DNA from: Candidatus Thorarchaeota archaeon
GTDB lineage: Archaea; Asgardarchaeota; Thorarchaeia; Thorarchaeales; Thorarchaeaceae
Assembly: GCA_046482545.1 (NCBI GenBank)
Contig: JAWOEX010000010.1
Span: 64,001-128,000, forward strand
Length of the DNA stretch: 64,000 nt
Reading direction: 5' to 3'
Shown here: one piece after another, positions 60,330 through 64,000 of the stretch
Numbering within the stretch: the first letter of the stretch is position 1
Layout: each line of letters starts with the position of its first letter
Notes under the pieces: model-generated
Told to the model about the DNA's origin: nothing
The model's database searches: none
The model's input: only the letters and a program-made list of their open reading frames with translations
Translations under genes and position numbers: made by a program

Positions 60330-61901
60330 CTAACGTTCTCGCAGTTTCGGATTGAGAACCTGGTCCATTGTATGTCCAACAAAGGTAAATGCAAGAGACA
60401 AGGTGGTGATGGCCATACCAGGGAATATCACGAGCCACCATGCGCCATTTGCAAAAGCTCCTGCTGATTGAGCATCAGCCAGCATGCGTCCCCAGCTGGC
60501 TAGACTAGGGTCTGTCAAACCCAAGAAAGCGAGTCCAGATTCTGACAGGATGGCCCCTACCACACCAAGCGTGATGTTTGCAAAGAGAATTGGGGTCACA
60601 TTTGGCAGTATATGGCGGAACATGATATAGGTATCCGATGCACCAATGGCGCGAGCAGACTCAACATATGCTTTGTTCTTTTCTGCAAGGACCTGCGATC
60701 GAATCAACCGAGATGTTCCTGTCCAACCAAGGATTGCAATTACAACGATGATATTCCAGATATCTCTACCCAAAAACGCGGCGAGAACCATCATCAAAGG
60801 TAGACTCGGTATTACAAGCAAGAAGTCTACAACCCTCATGAGAGATTCGTCTACTTTTCCACCGAAGTACCCTGCAACAAGCCCTACAATCACACCGACA
60901 GCAGTAGAAAGTGCCGTAGCTAGTATACCCACAATAAGAGACACTCTAGAACCAAACACTAGCTGACTCCAAGCATCAGCGCCCTTATCAGTAGTTCCAA
61001 GGATTCCGAAGTATTCACCATACACGTACATGCTCATTCTGGTGACAGTTAGATTGACAGAACCAGTATAATCATCCTGAGGTGACTCACCGCCGTAGGA
61101 CAAGAATCTCTTGGTGGGGGCGAGCACACATGCAACTGTCAGCTCATCCGTTGGATCTTCTTGACTGCCTTCTTCTTCTACCATTCCGCCCCAGCCCTCC
61201 AACATGTCCCAATAGCTCAATGAGACTCTTCGGCTTTGGAGATTTGGATTGTAGGGGGGATATGATTGGTAAATTCTCCACCAATTGTCAGAACTGTCTA
61301 CTAAGTAGAGGAAGACCTTAAACATCAGCCCACCTTCATCTTTCTCGGCAAAATCACCCGTGAGTTCAACAGCAAAGTCAAATGTCATGTTAACCCCGCC
61401 GGGTATTTTATTGAACGGCCAGTCTATGCTTTGAGTGAAATAGACGTAGTCATTACAAGCTGGCCCATTCTTGGTATCTAGTGGAAGAGGCGTAGGCCAA
61501 TCCATCGACCCGGGTGTATGGTCCCATCGCAATTCAACCTTGGATTGATTAGGTCCTGAACTGGGCTCATGTCGATAGTCAAATTCATCCGTATTAGTTC
61601 CTTCGACAGTAAACTCTGGTTCTTCGTAGAAGTATGGGTCCGGCATATACTGGCCTGATGTGACTCCTTCAGGGTCAAAAACAGATGCCCATGAGGGAGC
61701 TCTAAAGGTTGGCGCAACTTTATTGTTTATTTTTGGATCGTGTGTGGCGAGATATGGAGCAGAAAACGCCATGCCAACATAGAACACCAGAATGGCAAGC
61801 CCGACGAAGCCTATTTTGTGACGTCGAAACTCTTTCCAGAAGCCCATAAAACTAACATACCAGCTACTGTCTTTCCAACTGGCTTTGTCTTGTTCGGAAA
61901 T
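60330..61901 (-). CDS. peptide ABC transporter permease (OppC/DppC) with large extracellular insertion
   Basis: LGTTDKG, YVESARAIGA, HILPN, LNPKLR; probable ATT start behind GGAGG (first ATG at 61847). Confidence 0.9.
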   Translation of the reverse strand: MSEQDKASWKDSSWYVSFMGFWKEFRRHKIGFVGLAILVFYVGMAFSAPYLATHDPKINNKVAPTFRAPSWASVFDPEGVTSGQYMPDPYFYEEPEFTVEGTNTDEFDYRHEPSSGPNQSKVELRWDHTPGSMDWPTPLPLDTKNGPACNDYVYFTQSIDWPFNKIPGGVNMTFDFAVELTGDFAEKDEGGLMFKVFLYLVDSSDNWWRIYQSYPPYNPNLQSRRVSLSYWDMLEGWGGMVEEEGSQEDPTDELTVACVLAPTKRFLSYGGESPQDDYTGSVNLTVTRMSMYVYGEYFGILGTTDKGADAWSQLVFGSRVSLIVGILATALSTAVGVIVGLVAGYFGGKVDESLMRVVDFLLVIPSLPLMMVLAAFLGRDIWNIIVVIAILGWTGTSRLIRSQVLAEKNKAYVESARAIGASDTYIMFRHILPNVTPILFANITLGVVGAILSESGLAFLGLTDPSLASWGRMLADAQSAGAFANGAWWLVIFPGMAITTLSLAFTFVGHTMDQVLNPKLRER

Positions 61902-62162
61902 AATCGTAACCTCCTTTCTTCAGGAGTAGCAAAGAAACCCGCTGTTATCCCAATTGGAGCACTTGGGTCTCTTGGCACACCTGATGGGTAATGATACTCA
62001 CAAACAACGGCGGGGAGCTTGCCCTAAAAAAAGTGTCTGTCTACGTAGCAAGGGCAAAAAGAAAATGACCCTTTAAGAGTATATGAGTCGGGCATTAGAA
62101 CAAACTTCGGAAGAACGCTACTGAACTGGAACGAATCTTTAAGACTGACTGAAAATCCTGAC

Positions 62163-62483
62163 CTATTCTGCTGTGTGATGCTCGCTCTCACCCAAGAGTT
62201 CAACAAATGGATCCTCTAAATCCTCCTCGGTACACTCCCGCTCGCTCTCTTTTCTTGCCTTAATGATGTCTTTAGTTCTTCTAGAAGACGCCCACAAATC
62301 TGCAAAAACCATACCCACCAAGAATATGCTCAATGTCCCTGCAAAGGCAAGGATGATACCAATGAATCTCAAAGCAGGATGAAGATTAGCAAGTAAGAAA
62401 CCCACTGCAATCAAAATAATCGGAATTAGCAGAATCCGCTTGCGTGGTTCCTCTCTTGTTCTTGGGAATGATTTAACCTTCAT
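62163..62483 (-). CDS. small two-TM membrane protein
   Basis: Two hydrophobic helices. Confidence 0.55.
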   Translation of the reverse strand: MKVKSFPRTREEPRKRILLIPIILIAVGFLLANLHPALRFIGIILAFAGTLSIFLVGMVFADLWASSRRTKDIIKARKESERECTEEDLEDPFVELLGESEHHTAE

Positions 62484-62791
62484 CGCTATTCCGGGTTTTT
62501 TGGATTTGTCCTTTTACGGTTTTCGGCCAACGCTCTGAAGCGGCAATCTAACTTCAATCGCGGTAAGTTGTGGTACTAAATGCAGCAGAATAACCATCAT
62601 TCGTTCGATCCTAAAATGAGCTGAACCTGTTTTGCAAATGATCAAAAAAAGCTTCGAACCATAAAGAATAAGTAAAGCACGTACACGACAACTAAAGACA
62701 GCCATCCCATGCTTCAAGAAGAACATATTTAAGAAGTCGAAAGTCCCCCCAACTCGATACGCATAGGGATGTTCCGCCGGAGCGCGACAAT

Positions 62792-63781
62792 ATGACTTTG
62801 TTAGATGTCCGTAATCTACGCATGTATTACCAGACACAAACGGGCTTAGTTAAGGCCGTTGATAATGTCTCGATGGAGTTAGATTCTGGTGAGTCGTTGG
62901 GACTTGCAGGAGAAAGTGGCTGTGGCAAAAGCAGCTTGGCTTATTCCATTATGCAACTCCTTCCGCCAGCAGCGAACATTGTCGGTGGGAATGTCTACTT
63001 CAAAGGCAGTGATTTGCTCAGAAAGTCTGCACAGGAAATGAGGGATATCCGTTGGAAGAACGTAGCAATCGTGTTCCAAGGAGCAATGAATGCCCTTAAT
63101 CCGGTATTTGAAATTGGTGAGCAGATAGCCGAGGCTATTCTGATGCACGAAAACGTTACCGAGGAAGAGGCCCTCGATAGATGTGCCAAGCTCTTTGAAA
63201 TGGTTGGTCTTGATCCTGGAAGAATCCACAACTACCCTCACGAATTTTCTGGAGGTATGAGACAAAGAGCAATGATTGCAATGGCGTTGGCCTGTAACCC
63301 AGACTTGGTTATTGCTGATGAGCCGACAACTGCTCTCGATGTCACGATCCAGGCTCAAATCCTGACACTTATGCAAAAGCTACAGAAGGACCTTGGACTC
63401 TCCCTGATACTCATCACTCACGACCTCAGCGTCATTGCGGAGACATGTGATAAAACAGCAATCATGTACGCAGGGAGACTCGCGGAGTTGGCTGATGTTG
63501 TCTCAGTCTATAAGGATCCCATCCATCCATACACGACGGGATTGGTTGGAGCAATTCCAAGCATGGTAAAGGCTGAGAAAAAGAAGCTAACCTCGATTCC
63601 AGGGATACCCCCTGACCTTGTTAATCCGCCCACCGGTTGCCGTTTTCATCCACGGTGTCCTTATGCTCAGGATATCTGCACGCGAGAAGAACCGACATTT
63701 GATGAAATCGAACCTGGTAGATTCGTACATTGTCACTTTGCTGAGCAGCTCAAAGGTGAACTCAAACTAGATCTTGATTAG
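62792..63781 (+). CDS. peptide ABC transporter ATP-binding protein (OppD/DppD)
   Basis: [31 protein letters not shown]. Confidence 0.95.
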   Translation: MTLLDVRNLRMYYQTQTGLVKAVDNVSMELDSGESLGLAGESGCGKSSLAYSIMQLLPPAANIVGGNVYFKGSDLLRKSAQEMRDIRWKNVAIVFQGAMNALNPVFEIGEQIAEAILMHENVTEEEALDRCAKLFEMVGLDPGRIHNYPHEFSGGMRQRAMIAMALACNPDLVIADEPTTALDVTIQAQILTLMQKLQKDLGLSLILITHDLSVIAETCDKTAIMYAGRLAELADVVSVYKDPIHPYTTGLVGAIPSMVKAEKKKLTSIPGIPPDLVNPPTGCRFHPRCPYAQDICTREEPTFDEIEPGRFVHCHFAEQLKGELKLDLD

Positions 63782-63794
63782 GAAGGGTTGATGA

Positions 63795-64000
63795 ATGTCT
63801 ATTGAACAACTCCAAGCAGAAGTCGAAACCGAAGAAGTCAAGAGAGGCGAACCATTAATAGAAGTCCGCAACATGAAGAAATGGTTCCCGGTCAATACGG
63901 GCTTTCTATCGTCACTCCTTTACAAACAAGAGCTCTTCGTGAAGGCAGTGGACGGTGTCACTTTTGACATCAACAAAGGTGAGGTCCTGGTCTTAGCAGG
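63795..64000 (+). CDS. peptide ABC transporter ATP-binding protein (OppF), 5' part
   Basis: MSIEQ...LIEVRNMKKWFPV...VKAVDGVTFDINKGEVLVLA. Confidence 0.9.
   Translation, partial: MSIEQLQAEVETEEVKRGEPLIEVRNMKKWFPVNTGFLSSLLYKQELFVKAVDGVTFDINKGEVLVLA

Noticed and set aside
62514-62837. 107-aa minus-strand ORF and other antisense shadow ORFs
   Set aside because: They overlap promoters or well-supported genes on the other strand and carry no motifs

Overview
Gene-dense archaeal chromosome segment. It is most consistent with an Asgard archaeon (Thorarchaeota-like), judged from an ESCRT-III/Snf7 protein, a longin–small GTPase fusion next to a uDENN/NPRL2-like gene, ribosomal eS25, two histone types, a presenilin-like protease and a CdvA-like coiled coil. 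These sit among housekeeping and peptide-fermentation genes (gltX, thiI, AOR, gdhA, ilvE, peptide ABC transporter). There is no CRISPR array, and I found no rRNA, tRNA or transposase gene. The most striking unexplained signal is a pair of diverged ~265-nt non-coding elements (28850-29114 on -, 53290-53552 on +). They share an identical 18-nt block and a covarying 3' hairpin, and they end in GYTGTTCAC like IS200/IS605 TnpB omega-RNA ends, followed by unrelated 'guide-like' flanks, yet no tnpB or tnpA gene is nearby. Other notable items: tandem DapA-like aldolase–Fae fusions with complementary degeneration; a membrane-spanning ChlI/ChlD-like gene with an A10 slippage tract right after the AAA+ domain; a cluster of CU-rich candidate anti-Shine-Dalgarno sRNAs sharing a palindromic operator; an eS25–HhH fusion; and apparent ATA/ATT start codons. 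All calls are made by eye from motifs; no database searches were run.
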